64,000 bases of DNA from Thermoplasmata archaeon (GTDB lineage Archaea; Thermoplasmatota; Thermoplasmata; Lutacidiplasmatales; UBA184), in NCBI GenBank assembly GCA_027365105.1, contig DAHXNZ010000002.1:85916-149915 (forward strand), given 5' to 3'. Below, piece by piece: positions 7,778 through 20,713 of the stretch. How positions within the stretch are numbered: position 1 is the stretch's first letter; each line of letters starts with the position of its first letter. The notes beneath the pieces are model-generated. The model had not been told where the DNA came from, made no database searches, and saw nothing but the letters and a program-made list of their open reading frames with translations. The position numbers and the translations under genes are program-made.

Positions 7778-10051
7778 ATGTCCCGGATCTTTGTGGGGGT
7801 CGCGTGGCCGTACGCCAACGGCCCGGTCCACATCGGACAGCTCGCCGGGGCGTACGTGCCGGCCGACATCTTCGCACGGTACCACCGGCTCCGGGGCGAC
7901 GAGGTCCTCTTCGTCTCCGGATCCGACATGCACGGCACCCCGATCCTGCTCACCGCAGAGCGGGAGGGCACGACCGCCGAAGCGGTCGCCGAGCGCAATC
8001 ACCGCATCCATGCGGCCACCTTCGAACGTCTGGGAATCTCCTTCGACCTGTACACCCACACCCGGACGGAGGTCCACGCCCGGACGGTCGAGGAACTGTT
8101 CCTGAGGCTCCTGGAACGGGGCTACCTCGAGCGCCAGACCCAGGAGAGCCCCTACTGCCCGAAGGAGCACCGGTTCCTTCCGGACCGCTACCTCACGGGC
8201 ACCTGCCCCTTCTGCGGCCACCCATCGGCCCGGGGCGACGAGTGCGATCAGTGCGGCCACCCTCTCGATCCCCGGAGCCTCGGCGCCCCGAAGTGCCGGA
8301 TCTGCGGGTCCGCCGCCGAGTTCCGACCCTCGGAGCACTTCTACCTTCGGCTCGACAAGGTCCAACCCGAACTCGAGGCGTGGATCGCCCGGCAGACCCA
8401 CTGGCGCCCGGGGACCCGCCGGGTCGCGGAGAACTTCCTGGCCGAGGGGCTCCATCCGACCCCGATCACCCGGGATATCGATTGGGGGATCCCCCTCCCG
8501 CTCGACGGCTACGGGGGGAAGCGGTTCTACGTCTGGTTCGAGGCCGTGCAGGGCTACCTTTCCGCCTCCAAGGAATGGGCGATCCGCCAGGGTGACCCGG
8601 CCGCCTACCGGCCGTTCTGGGAGGCCGGAACGGGCGTGCGGTCCTACTACTTCATCGGCAAGGACAACCGCTTCCATCACACCCTCCTCTGGCCGGGGCT
8701 CCTGCTCGCCGCCGGGGCCCTCCCCCTGCCCTACGATGTACCGGCCAACGAGTGGATGCTCATCGCCGGCGACAAGATGTCGAAATCGTCCACCGCGGAT
8801 CCGTCGGTCTTCGCCCCCGCCCTCCTGGAACGTTGGGCGCCGGACCTGATCCGGTTCTACGTTGCGCTCCTGGCCCCGCAGAACCACGACACCGAGTTCC
8901 ATTGGGAGGAGTTCCGCTCGGTCTCGGAGGAGATCCTGTCGAACCAGTGGGGCAACCTCGTCCAGCGGACCCTGGTCCTGATCCGGACCCGGCTCGACCA
9001 CCGGATCCCGGCCCCCCCGCCCGGCTGGTCCCCGGACGATCCCCAGGGAGTCGGGCCCCGGCTCCGGGCCCTCCACGAACGGATGACCGCCGAATACGAG
9101 CAGGTCCACCTCAAGGAAGCCCTCGATCTCGCCCTGGCGGAGGTCCGCGACGCCAACCGACGTCTCCACGAAGCCAAGCCGTGGCAGGCCCCGCCGGCGG
9201 ATCGGGATCGGGCGCTCTACGAGGCCGTGTGGAAGATCCGGGCGATCGCGATCTGGCTCTCCCCGGTCCTGCCGTTCTCTTCGGCCGAAGTGTTCCGGAT
9301 GCTCGGCGAGTCCTCGGGCCCCGGCCCGGGCAGCTGGGCGCAGGCTCTGGAGCCCCCCGCGCCGGGCCAGCGGCTCGGCGAACTGATCCCGCTCTTCCCG
9401 CGTCCGGCCGTGCCGGAGGCGCCGCCCTCCCCGCCCGACCCAGGGGCTTCCGCTGCCGAGACGACCCCCCTCGAAGCGCCCCCGCTCGGGATCGTGGTCG
9501 GCCGTATCCTCCGGGCCAGCGTGCATCCGTCCGCCGACAAGCTCTACGTCCTGGAGGTGGACCTTGGGGAGACGGCTCCGCGAACGATCGTCGCCGGTCT
9601 GCGCGCCTCCTACCCACGGGAGGCGCTGGAGGGCCGGAGGGTGCTCGTGGTGGCCAACCTCGCCCCCCGCCCGCTTCGGGGCATCCCGTCCCAGGGGATG
9701 CTGCTCGCTGCCGATGTCGACGGCCGGGCCCTGCTCCTGAGCCCGCCCCCGGGTCTGCCTCCGGGAGCCCGGCGGGAAGGAAGCCGCCCCGACGACCGGA
9801 TCATCCAGTACAACGAGTTTGCCTCGACCCCCTTCCGGGTCGGAGAGGTCGTGGGACCGGACCGCCCGGGCCGGAGTCGGGTCTCCCTCGGGGACCGAAC
9901 GGTCCGGGTCGAGGGGGAGTGGCCCACGGGCGCGCGGGTGGTGGTCCGACTCCGGGCCGCGGAGGCTTCGGAGGGAGAGGTTTTGACGATGGCCGGCAGT
10001 ACCTGGGTGGAGGTGGCCCCGGAGGTGCCTCTGGGAGCCACGGTCCGATGA
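7778..10051 (+). CDS. metG: methionine--tRNA ligase with C-terminal tRNA-binding (Trbp111/EMAPII-like) domain and an extra tail
   Basis: WPYANGPVHIGQLAG (HIGH-type), Zn knuckles CPFCGH...CDQCGH and CRICGS, KMSKS, then VHPSADKLYVLEVDLG...VVANLAPRPLRGIPSQGMLLAA. GGAGG lies 5 nt upstream of the ATG. Confidence 0.95.
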   Translation: MSRIFVGVAWPYANGPVHIGQLAGAYVPADIFARYHRLRGDEVLFVSGSDMHGTPILLTAEREGTTAEAVAERNHRIHAATFERLGISFDLYTHTRTEVHARTVEELFLRLLERGYLERQTQESPYCPKEHRFLPDRYLTGTCPFCGHPSARGDECDQCGHPLDPRSLGAPKCRICGSAAEFRPSEHFYLRLDKVQPELEAWIARQTHWRPGTRRVAENFLAEGLHPTPITRDIDWGIPLPLDGYGGKRFYVWFEAVQGYLSASKEWAIRQGDPAAYRPFWEAGTGVRSYYFIGKDNRFHHTLLWPGLLLAAGALPLPYDVPANEWMLIAGDKMSKSSTADPSVFAPALLERWAPDLIRFYVALLAPQNHDTEFHWEEFRSVSEEILSNQWGNLVQRTLVLIRTRLDHRIPAPPPGWSPDDPQGVGPRLRALHERMTAEYEQVHLKEALDLALAEVRDANRRLHEAKPWQAPPADRDRALYEAVWKIRAIAIWLSPVLPFSSAEVFRMLGESSGPGPGSWAQALEPPAPGQRLGELIPLFPRPAVPEAPPSPPDPGASAAETTPLEAPPLGIVVGRILRASVHPSADKLYVLEVDLGETAPRTIVAGLRASYPREALEGRRVLVVANLAPRPLRGIPSQGMLLAADVDGRALLLSPPPGLPPGARREGSRPDDRIIQYNEFASTPFRVGEVVGPDRPGRSRVSLGDRTVRVEGEWPTGARVVVRLRAAEASEGEVLTMAGSTWVEVAPEVPLGATVR

Positions 10052-10728
10052 GTTCCCTCACCCGAGTCGACCTGCACGTTCATTCGACCTACTCGCCCGA
10101 CTCTTCCCTGACCTTGGATCAGCTGGCCGGGCGGCTGGCCTTCGCCGGGCTTCGGGGCGCTGCCCTGACCGACCACAACACCGTCCGGGGCCACCGGGCG
10201 CTGGCCGAGACCGCCCAGGCGCACCCCGAGTACTGGTTCATCCCCGGCGTCGAGATTTCGACCCGGGAAGGTCACCTTCTCGCGTACGGGGTCTCGAGCG
10301 ATCCTCCGGTCGGCCGTCCGGTCGAAGAGACCATCGAATGGGTCCGGGATCAGGGAGGAATCGCCGCCCTGGCGCACCCGTACCGCTGGACTCACGGTGC
10401 CGGACGACGGGCCGGGAGCCGCGCCTCGGTCGATCTGATCGAGACCGTCAACGGCCACAACACACCGGTCGCCAACGCCCGGGCCGAACTCCTGTCGGCC
10501 CGCCGCTCGTTGCCTTCGACCGGGGGCAGCGACGGCCACGAACCCCGGGATCTGGGGCGAGCGTACAGCGAGTTTCCGGACGACGTCCATTCGGTCGGCG
10601 ACCTTCTGGAGGCGCTCCACCGGGGGTCCGTCCGGGGCTCGGGAACCTCCCTCGGAATCCCGGGCCAGATCCGCTGGAGCCTCCGTACCTCCCTACTGCG
10701 GGCGGCCCGGGTCTTCCGGGCGATCTGA
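10048..10728 (+). CDS. PHP-domain metal-dependent phosphoesterase
   Basis: VDLHVHSTYSPDS, LTDHNT, GVEISTREGHLLAYG, AHPYRW, NGHN and GGSDGH are the PHP metal-ligand blocks. ATGA start/stop overlap with metG. Confidence 0.8.
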   Translation: MSSLTRVDLHVHSTYSPDSSLTLDQLAGRLAFAGLRGAALTDHNTVRGHRALAETAQAHPEYWFIPGVEISTREGHLLAYGVSSDPPVGRPVEETIEWVRDQGGIAALAHPYRWTHGAGRRAGSRASVDLIETVNGHNTPVANARAELLSARRSLPSTGGSDGHEPRDLGRAYSEFPDDVHSVGDLLEALHRGSVRGSGTSLGIPGQIRWSLRTSLLRAARVFRAI

Positions 10729-11483
10729 CGGGCCGCCTCGACGCGCCGAAGGATCTCCCCCGACTTCGCCTCCGGAACTGTGAGGGTGGTCTGCGGTCCC
10801 ATCGGGTCCCCCCGTTGCGGGGGCCTTGCCCATCGTCCACCGGCGTCATGGAGGGGGGGAGTCATCGGCCGGGTTGCGTTGAAGGACCTCCCGGACGGTC
10901 CGGGGTACCCGCTCGAGGAGGATCTGGCCCCCGACTTCCGCTTGAATTGGGCGATGACCCGGGCCTGGTCGCCCGGTTCGCAATCAGCGAGTTCGGCCCG
11001 TACGCCTTCCGGAGGCGACGGGAGAGCCCGACCTTCTCGGTCCGGTCCCGGAGGTTCGGGCCGTCCTGCAGTCTCGGGCTTCCGCGTCCGACCGACCAGA
11101 CCGGGCCGGAGGGGGGCCCCGGGGCGACCGTCGGCCCATGCCGCCGTGGAGGCGTCGCGGTACCGGCCCATCCCAATCTGACGGAACCGCCGTGCAAGTT
11201 CACCGCCGTGCCGGTCCCGGCCCGAAGGCTTCGGAGAGGCGCCGTGTCCGTCCCGCGTCACGACATCGATCGGAGCCCCCTTGAAGGCTCTCGATCCCTC
11301 GACCCCTTCGGGCGGAACGGGAATCGGGGGGTTCGTCCTCCCCCAAAATCGTCGCCGCGTTTCGTGGCCCCAAAGGGCTCCGCCGAAGCCCCCGAGTTCG
11401 CCGGGGGCGGTCGACGCGCCCCGCAACCCAAAAAATGGACGCGAGGGGTGCGGTACGCCACCACCCCTCGGCCCGTCGGCGGC

Positions 11484-11927
11484 CTATCGGCCCAAGTGGA
11501 GCGCGCCCCGGCCCACCACAGCGATCTTCTGGGAAAGCAGGGAGAGGACCGCGTGGGCATGGGTCCAGACCGGCACGTGCGACAGGGCGACCGAGAGCCC
11601 CGGCACGGCCCCAGTGTGGGCCGCCACGGCCAGACCGGCCACCCCGACCCCGGCGACGGCCACGCCCTTCACGAAGATCCCGGCCTTGCCGGCCGTCAGG
11701 CCGGCCTTGGCCGCGGTCGCCGAGTGCGCTCCGGCCGTGGCCGGGCCGGCCGCATGCGTTGGTGCGGGCGTGGTCGGGCGGGAGGTCGGGGCCCCCGTTC
11801 GGGCCGATCCTTGGGCGTGGATCCCCGCGGTCTGCGACGCGGTGGTCGACGCCGGATTCGCTTTCGTCGCTTCCGAGACGCTCACCTGAGTTTCGGTTTC
11901 GGCGTTCATGGCTGCTCGGAGATTCAT
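11484..11927 (-). CDS. hypothetical Ala/Thr/Pro/Gly-rich protein with a hydrophobic C-terminal segment
   Basis: 147-aa ORF with high third-position G+C by hand inspection. Low complexity, with no recognisable domain. It may not be real. Confidence 0.3.
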   Translation of the reverse strand: MNLRAAMNAETETQVSVSEATKANPASTTASQTAGIHAQGSARTGAPTSRPTTPAPTHAAGPATAGAHSATAAKAGLTAGKAGIFVKGVAVAGVGVAGLAVAAHTGAVPGLSVALSHVPVWTHAHAVLSLLSQKIAVVGRGALHLGR

Positions 11928-12047
11928 GCGCCGAACCCCTACATGAGGAGGGGTCCAATGGGGGCGAAAAAATGTTGGACCACCCCGCCGGCCGGTGCCC
12001 TCGGGCCACCCGACGCCTTTAAACCTCGTACCCTTCGGGAGTCCCGC

Positions 12048-12120
12048 GCCGAGGTGGCAGAATGGTTAATGCGACGGACTGCAGATCCGTTTCCTGGGGG
12101 TTCGATTCCCTCCCTCGGCT
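12048..12120 (+). tRNA. tRNA-Cys (anticodon GCA), no encoded CCA
   Basis: Hand-folded. Acceptor GCCGAGG/CCTCGGC, anticodon stem ACGGA/TCCGT with loop CTGCAGA, T arm GGGGG-TTCGATT-CCCTC, discriminator T. Confidence 0.9.
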
Positions 12121-12188
12121 TGGGCGCCCCGCTCTCCCGGAGCCGCCCGCCGGCCGGGCCGGCCGACTCCGACCGGCCCCCGGCGGCA

Positions 12189-15351
<3,163 letters not shown>

Positions 15352-15355
<4 letters not shown>

Positions 15356-16335
15356 CCCCGGGCCCTCCGGACATTGGCGTAGAATTTCCGGAAGTCGTGG
15401 ACCTCCCCGCCGGCCTCGTCGATCCGTTGGCCGGTGAGGTCGATGAAGACCGACTCGAGGCTCGGCTTCTCGACGTTGATCCGCCGGATCTTCCCCGGGT
15501 CGATGGCCGCGAAGAGCCGGGGCAGAACCTCCTCCGCCGCGCTGACCTTGAGGATCCAGCTGGTCCCCTGGCTCCGGACCTCCTTCACCCCCGGAAGTGC
15601 CTTCAGCCGAGGCTCGTCCAGGGCCTCCCGGGTGTCAATCTCCAGGAAGTCGGCCTGGACGCGCGACTTGAGTTCGTCCGGGCTCCCCTGCGCCACGATC
15701 CGGCCCCGGTTGAGGATCGCGACCTCGCGGCAAAGGGCGTCCGCCTCCTCGATGTAGTGGCTGGTCAGGAAGATCGTGATGCCGTACTCCCGGTTGACCC
15801 CGGTGATGAGTTCCCAGAGCATCCGACGGGTGCCCGGATCGAGCCCGATGGTCGGCTCGTCCATGAAGATGACCTTCGGTTTGTGCAGGAGGGCGAGGGC
15901 GATCTCGAGCTTCTTGCGCATCCCGGTCGAGAAGGTTCCGACCTTGTCCTTCTTGCGCCCCTCGAGCGAGAAGTAGGCGAGCAGTTCGTTGGCGCGATCC
16001 TGCCAGTCGGTCAGCCGCTGGAGCCGGGCCTGCAGCCAGAGGTTCTCCCACGCCGAGAAGTCGTCATCGAGGATCACCTCCGCCGCGACCCATCCAATCC
16101 GTTGCTTCACCTCCATCGGATTCCGCCGGACATCGAAGCCGGCCACCCGGGCCTCCCCGTGGGTGATCTCCGAGAGGCCGGTGAGCAGTTTGATGATCGT
16201 GGTCTTCCCCGCGCCGTTCGGTCCCAGCAGCCCGAAGATGCCGCCGTCGGGGACCCGAAGGTCGACGTGGTCGACGGCGGTCAGGGAGCCGTAGGTCTTG
16301 GTGATCTGCGAAGCCCAGATGGCGTCGTCGGTCAT
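15352..16335 (-). CDS. ABC transporter ATP-binding protein (DrrA/ABC-2 subfamily)
   Basis: Walker A GPNGAGKTT, signature FSTGMRKKL, Walker B VIFMDEPTIGLD. Start at MTDDAIWASQ (16335), overlapping the padR stop by 4 nt. Confidence 0.9.
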
Positions 16336-16862
16336 CTTCGGACCCCCGGGGCAGCCGCCCGGGCCAGCTCCGTCATGCCGTGGCGGAGGAGGGCCGCGGC
16401 CCGCCGTCGGAGTCGGAGCTTTTGCCCCGACGTCAGGAGGAGATCCGACGGCCCGGTCGCGAGTACGACCGACTCGATCGCCCGCGCGAGGTGGACCTCC
16501 AGGAGCCGGGCCCGGTCCGCCGGGAGGGCCATATCGAGGATCAGGCCCCGGAGCTCGGCAAACCGGGACCCGCCCGAACGCATCCGCTCGCGGACTATCC
16601 GGAGCCGTCCCCGGCCCCGGGGGGTGATCCGGTAGGTCTTGCGGCGTCCCGCCATCACAAGGGCCGCGTCGCCGCGGGCGACCAGCCCTTGAAGGATCGG
16701 ATAGACGGCCCCGGCGCCCGGGCGCCACGCGCCATGGGTCGACGCTTCGATCCGCCGGGTCAGCTCACCGCCGTAGATCGGTGCCGTTTCCATCAGGTGA
16801 AGGGCATACGTCCCGATGAGCCCTCCGGGCCAACGACGGGACGCAGAGCGGGCCGGAGTCAT
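16332..16862 (-). CDS. PadR-family transcriptional regulator
   Basis: YALHLMETAPIYGGELTRRIEASTHGAWRPGAGAVYPILQGLVARGDA...RKTYRITPRGR is the PadR wHTH pattern. It is the first gene of the ABC-2 operon. Confidence 0.8.
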   Translation of the reverse strand: MTPARSASRRWPGGLIGTYALHLMETAPIYGGELTRRIEASTHGAWRPGAGAVYPILQGLVARGDAALVMAGRRKTYRITPRGRGRLRIVRERMRSGGSRFAELRGLILDMALPADRARLLEVHLARAIESVVLATGPSDLLLTSGQKLRLRRRAAALLRHGMTELARAAAPGVRR

Positions 16863-16887
16863 CCCGGACGAAGGGTCGCGCGGAGTA

Positions 16888-16899
16888 TATATCGATATA
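16888..16899. promoter_or_regulatory. 12-bp perfect palindrome TATATCGATATA in the padR/marR divergent intergenic region (TATA box and/or operator)
   Basis: Read directly. It lies 26-37 nt upstream of the padR start. A second AT-rich box TTTAATATATT (16967-16977), preceded by a GTGATTT direct repeat, lies ~30 nt upstream of the marR ATG. Confidence 0.4.
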
Positions 16900-17003
16900 G
16901 TAAAATCAACCGAAGCGGCCCCGGGCCGAAGGTTCCGGGTTCCCCCGGGGTGATTTGATACAGTGATTTAATATATTGGAACGAAGCATACTTCCTCCCA
17001 GCG

Positions 17004-17486
17004 ATGACGGAACCCTCCGACTCCCGCCAATCGGACCCGTTCGAGGGGGGCGCCATCGGTCGGATCAAGGGCACCGTGACCTCGTTGCACCTGGAGATCC
17101 GCAAGGCCCTCCAACCCCACGGTCTCCTGACCTCCGATGCCCGCGCCTTGCGGCTGTGCATGGCCGGGCCGACCCGTCCGTCCACGATCGCCCAGGGATT
17201 GGACATTTCCCCCGCGGCCGTGACCCAACTTTTGGATCGGCTGGAAGAACGGCGCCTCATCCTTCGGACCCCGGACCCGGAGGACCGGCGGGCCACGGTC
17301 GTTTCGCTGACGCCCCAAGGCGTCCGATTGTATCGGACCGCGGTCGGGGAGATCCAGAAGCTCCTGAGCGAGATCGACCGGGAACTCGGGCCGGACGGGA
17401 TGGCCGTCGTCCAGCGGGGCGCGGAAGAACTGGATCGGGCCCTGGCGCAGTGGCGCCGGCGCCCGGCCCGCTCCCGGGAGGCGTAG
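17004..17486 (+). CDS. MarR-family transcriptional regulator
   Basis: LTSDARALRLCMAGPTRPSTIAQGLDISPAAVTQLLDRLEERRLILRTPDPEDRRATVVSLTPQG is canonical MarR wHTH. Confidence 0.85.
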   Translation: MTEPSDSRQSDPFEGGAIGRIKGTVTSLHLEIRKALQPHGLLTSDARALRLCMAGPTRPSTIAQGLDISPAAVTQLLDRLEERRLILRTPDPEDRRATVVSLTPQGVRLYRTAVGEIQKLLSEIDRELGPDGMAVVQRGAEELDRALAQWRRRPARSREA

Positions 17487-17490
17487 CGCG

Positions 17491-19314
17491 ATGGAGTACA
17501 AGTGGACGGTCCTCTCCAACACCACCCTCGGCTCGCTCCTGGCGGCCCTCGACGGGACCATCGTCCTCATCTCGCTCCCGGTCATCTTTCGCGGCCTGGG
17601 AGTCGACCCGTTCGCTCCGTCGAGCTTCCCGATCCTGATCTGGCTCCTGCTGGGCTATGGCGTCGTGACGGCCACCCTTCTGGTGACGGTGGGAAGGCTC
17701 TCCGACATGTGGGGGCGGGCCCGGATGTACAACCTGGGCTTCGCGATCTTCTCGACCGGATCGATCCTGCTCTTCATCGAACCGTTCCAAGGTGCCACCG
17801 GCGCTTGGCTGCTGGTGGGCCTCCGGCTTATCCAGGCCTTCGGCGCCGCCTTCCTCTTCGCGAACTCGGCCGCGCTGCTGACCGACGCCTTTCCCCCGAG
17901 CGAGCGGGGCAAGGCGATGGGGATCAACCAGATCGCGTTCATCGGCGGGTCGATGGTCGGACTCGTCACCGGGGGCATCCTGGCCGGCATCCCCGACATC
18001 CACATCGGGAGCTTCGTGCTCCCCACCTGGCGCCTCATCTTCCTCATCAGCGTCCCGGTCGGGGTGGCCGGGACCCTGTGGGCCTACGCTCGGCTCCATG
18101 AGATCTCGACCCGCCGGGCCGGCCAGAAGGTGGATTTTGTCGGCAACATCACGTTCGCCGCCGGCCTCACGCTCGTCCTGATCTCCATCACCTACGGGCT
18201 CCTGCCCTACGGAAGTTCGAGCACCGGCTGGTCGAGCCCGTTCGTGATCGCCGGAATGGTCGCCGGGGTTGGGCTGCTCCTGGCCTTCCTCATCCTCGAG
18301 ACCCGGGTCTCCGATCCGATGTTCCGCCTGGAGTTCTTCCGGGTCCGCTCCTTCGCCGCCGGCAACATCGGCGCCTTCCTCGGCTCCATCGCCCGGGGCG
18401 GCATGATGCTCCTTCTGGTCCTCTGGTTCCAGGGCATCTGGCTACCGCTTCACGGCTACTCCTTCTCGTCGATCCCGCTCTGGGCCGGGATCGCGCTGAT
18501 GCCGATGATCTTCGGGTTCCTCGTCGCGGGCCCCATCAGCGGGTGGCTCTCGGATAAGCAGGGTCCAAGAACCCTCACCACGCTCGGATTGGCCCTGGCC
18601 TCGGGGACCTTCTTCCTTCTCGCCCTCCTTCCAATCGATTTTGCCTACTGGCAGATGGGGGTCCTCCTGTTCGCCCAGGGATGCGGGATGGGGATGTTCG
18701 CGGCCCCCAACGCCGCCTCGGTCATGAACTCGGTGCCTCCGGAGAACCGGGGCTCCGCTTCGGGGATGCTGGCGACCCTGCAGAACTCCGGCCAGCAGCT
18801 CTCGATGGCGATCTTCTTCACCATCGTCATCCTGAGCCTCTCCACCGACCTCGCGGGATCCGCGGCCGCCGCTCTCCACGGGGCGTTGATTGGCCCCCCC
18901 GACCAGGGCCTCCTCTCGAGCGCCATCGCAGCGAACCCGACCGGTGCCCTCTTCGGGGCCTTTCTCGGAGAGAACCCGATGGCCCAGCTGCTGGTCGCTC
19001 TGAGCGGGACGCCGGGTTGGGTTCCGTTGACCTCGGCCCAGTCGGCGGCCGTGCTCGCGCCCCGATTCTTCGCCCACGCCGTGGCCCCGGCGTTCTCCTC
19101 GGCGCTCGGTTCGGCGTTCATCTTTGCGGGCGTCGTCACCGCGATTGGGGCGGTGGTTTCATCCCAGCGGGGCGGCCGATACGTCTACGGGGAGCCCCGG
19201 GGCCCGACCGTTCAGACGCCGGCGGAGGCCCCCGCGGGAGCTCGTTCCCCCGACCCCCCTTCCCGGGCCCCCGAAGCGATCATGAGCCCCGGCCTTCGAG
19301 AGGACGAACGGTAG
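17491..19314 (+). CDS. MFS transporter, DHA2 (EmrB/QacA-like, ~14 TMS) drug-efflux type
   Basis: 607 aa. GRLSDMWGRARMY (MFS motif A-like), many hydrophobic segments, and a 4-nt gap after marR. Confidence 0.85.
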   Translation: MEYKWTVLSNTTLGSLLAALDGTIVLISLPVIFRGLGVDPFAPSSFPILIWLLLGYGVVTATLLVTVGRLSDMWGRARMYNLGFAIFSTGSILLFIEPFQGATGAWLLVGLRLIQAFGAAFLFANSAALLTDAFPPSERGKAMGINQIAFIGGSMVGLVTGGILAGIPDIHIGSFVLPTWRLIFLISVPVGVAGTLWAYARLHEISTRRAGQKVDFVGNITFAAGLTLVLISITYGLLPYGSSSTGWSSPFVIAGMVAGVGLLLAFLILETRVSDPMFRLEFFRVRSFAAGNIGAFLGSIARGGMMLLLVLWFQGIWLPLHGYSFSSIPLWAGIALMPMIFGFLVAGPISGWLSDKQGPRTLTTLGLALASGTFFLLALLPIDFAYWQMGVLLFAQGCGMGMFAAPNAASVMNSVPPENRGSASGMLATLQNSGQQLSMAIFFTIVILSLSTDLAGSAAAALHGALIGPPDQGLLSSAIAANPTGALFGAFLGENPMAQLLVALSGTPGWVPLTSAQSAAVLAPRFFAHAVAPAFSSALGSAFIFAGVVTAIGAVVSSQRGGRYVYGEPRGPTVQTPAEAPAGARSPDPPSRAPEAIMSPGLREDER

Positions 19315-19524
19315 CCGAACGCGAAGTCGGATCCCGAATCGGGCGAGAGGTGGCCGATCGGTGGCCCTCGGGGTAGATCCCCCCTCAAGTCCGGTGTCGG
19401 TCGGGCTTCCACGGAGCGCCGACTCATCGGCTCGGGTCGGCGCGGCCCCGGTATGGGCCGTGGGACCGATCGGGGCTCTGCCGGCCGAGAGAGGGCGGGG
19501 AGCCCCCGCCGTGGCCCGGCGGGT

Positions 19525-20358
19525 TCAGCCCAGGGTGGACCGGAAGAATTCGAGCACCCGATTCCATGCCAGGGTCGCGCTTTCGGCGTGGTAGTTCGGG
19601 CGGGCGTCGTTGAAGAAGGCGTGCCGGGCCCCGGGGTAGACCTGGTAGCGGAACGTCCGACCGGCCCGCTCCATGGCCTCGGCGAACTGGGGGACCGTCT
19701 GGGTGATCCCCGGGTCCTCGCCCGCGTACTGGCCCAGCAGCTGGGCCCGGATCTTCGGCACCCGGTCGAGCGGCGGGTTCTGTCCGTAGAAGATGACTCC
19801 CGCAGTCAGTTGGGGATCGACGGTGGCGTACCGCCCGACCATCGCCCCCCCGAAGCAGAATCCGACCGCACCGATCCGCTGGGGATTGACCGACGGCAGG
19901 GCCTGCAGATACTCGCGGCACGCGAGCAGATCGCGGGCGAACCCGTCCTGGGTCTCCGGGTTGGTCACCCGGGCGAACGCCTCCAGAACGGGGCGCCGCT
20001 CGGGAGGCTGGGCCAGGGCAAACTCCCGGAACTTCGCGGGATTGGACCGGAGGTCGGGAGGAGCCTCGGCGAACGCCTGCATCGCCAGTTGGACATTCGC
20101 GGGCGTCATCGTTTCGGCGATCGGGCCGGTGAAGAGATTCGGGGCGAGGGCCACGTACCCCTCGGCGGCGAACCTTCGGGCCACATCCCTCTGGTGATCG
20201 TCCAGGCCGAAGATCTCATGAACGACGAGGACCCCGGGGTGCCGCCCTTTCGTCTCCGGTTCGGCCAGGTACCCCGCCAACGTTCGCCCGGGCGACGGAA
20301 TCCGGACCTCGCGACCGCTCATAGGAACACCACTCAGGGTGAGCCCGCCCGGGTTCAT
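19525..20358 (-). CDS. dienelactone hydrolase family protein
   Basis: GVLVVHEIFGLDDHQRDVARRFAAEGYVALAPNLF...IGAVGFCFGG...PGARHAFFND matches the DLH nucleophile-Cys and His blocks. The start was placed at the internal Met (MNPGG) and is uncertain. Confidence 0.8.
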   Translation of the reverse strand: MNPGGLTLSGVPMSGREVRIPSPGRTLAGYLAEPETKGRHPGVLVVHEIFGLDDHQRDVARRFAAEGYVALAPNLFTGPIAETMTPANVQLAMQAFAEAPPDLRSNPAKFREFALAQPPERRPVLEAFARVTNPETQDGFARDLLACREYLQALPSVNPQRIGAVGFCFGGAMVGRYATVDPQLTAGVIFYGQNPPLDRVPKIRAQLLGQYAGEDPGITQTVPQFAEAMERAGRTFRYQVYPGARHAFFNDARPNYHAESATLAWNRVLEFFRSTLG

Positions 20359-20713
20359 GTACTGCTTGCATGAACCCGACCCGAGGGGGATGGATCCGGC
20401 CGGGCCGGCCGCGCCCCATGGTGCTGTCTCAACAGGAGCTGATGAGCGCGGTTTTGGGCGGTGGCCAGATCTCGGAGACATCTCCTTGAGGAGCCTCCCC
20501 TAGTCTCGTCGGAGGAGCTCGATGTACGGTGGATACCTGAAGACCGGTTTCGCTTCTGCCCCGTGACCTCGGTGAGATTGCTCATTTCAACCAAGCGTTC
20601 CACCCGGGCTATTTGCGGGAGGGTAGCTGGTATCGATTACTGAACCACCTCGCTTCTCGGCCACAACGCCGATCCGCCCAAAGGGTTATTGACCCGGGAG
20701 CCGTAGCGGGGGC

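Noticed and set aside
20438-20550. Possible C/D-box sRNA (CUGAUGA ... CUGA)
   Set aside because: The box spacing (~100 nt) is too long for archaeal C/D sRNAs. There are no convincing C'/D' boxes and no terminal stem.
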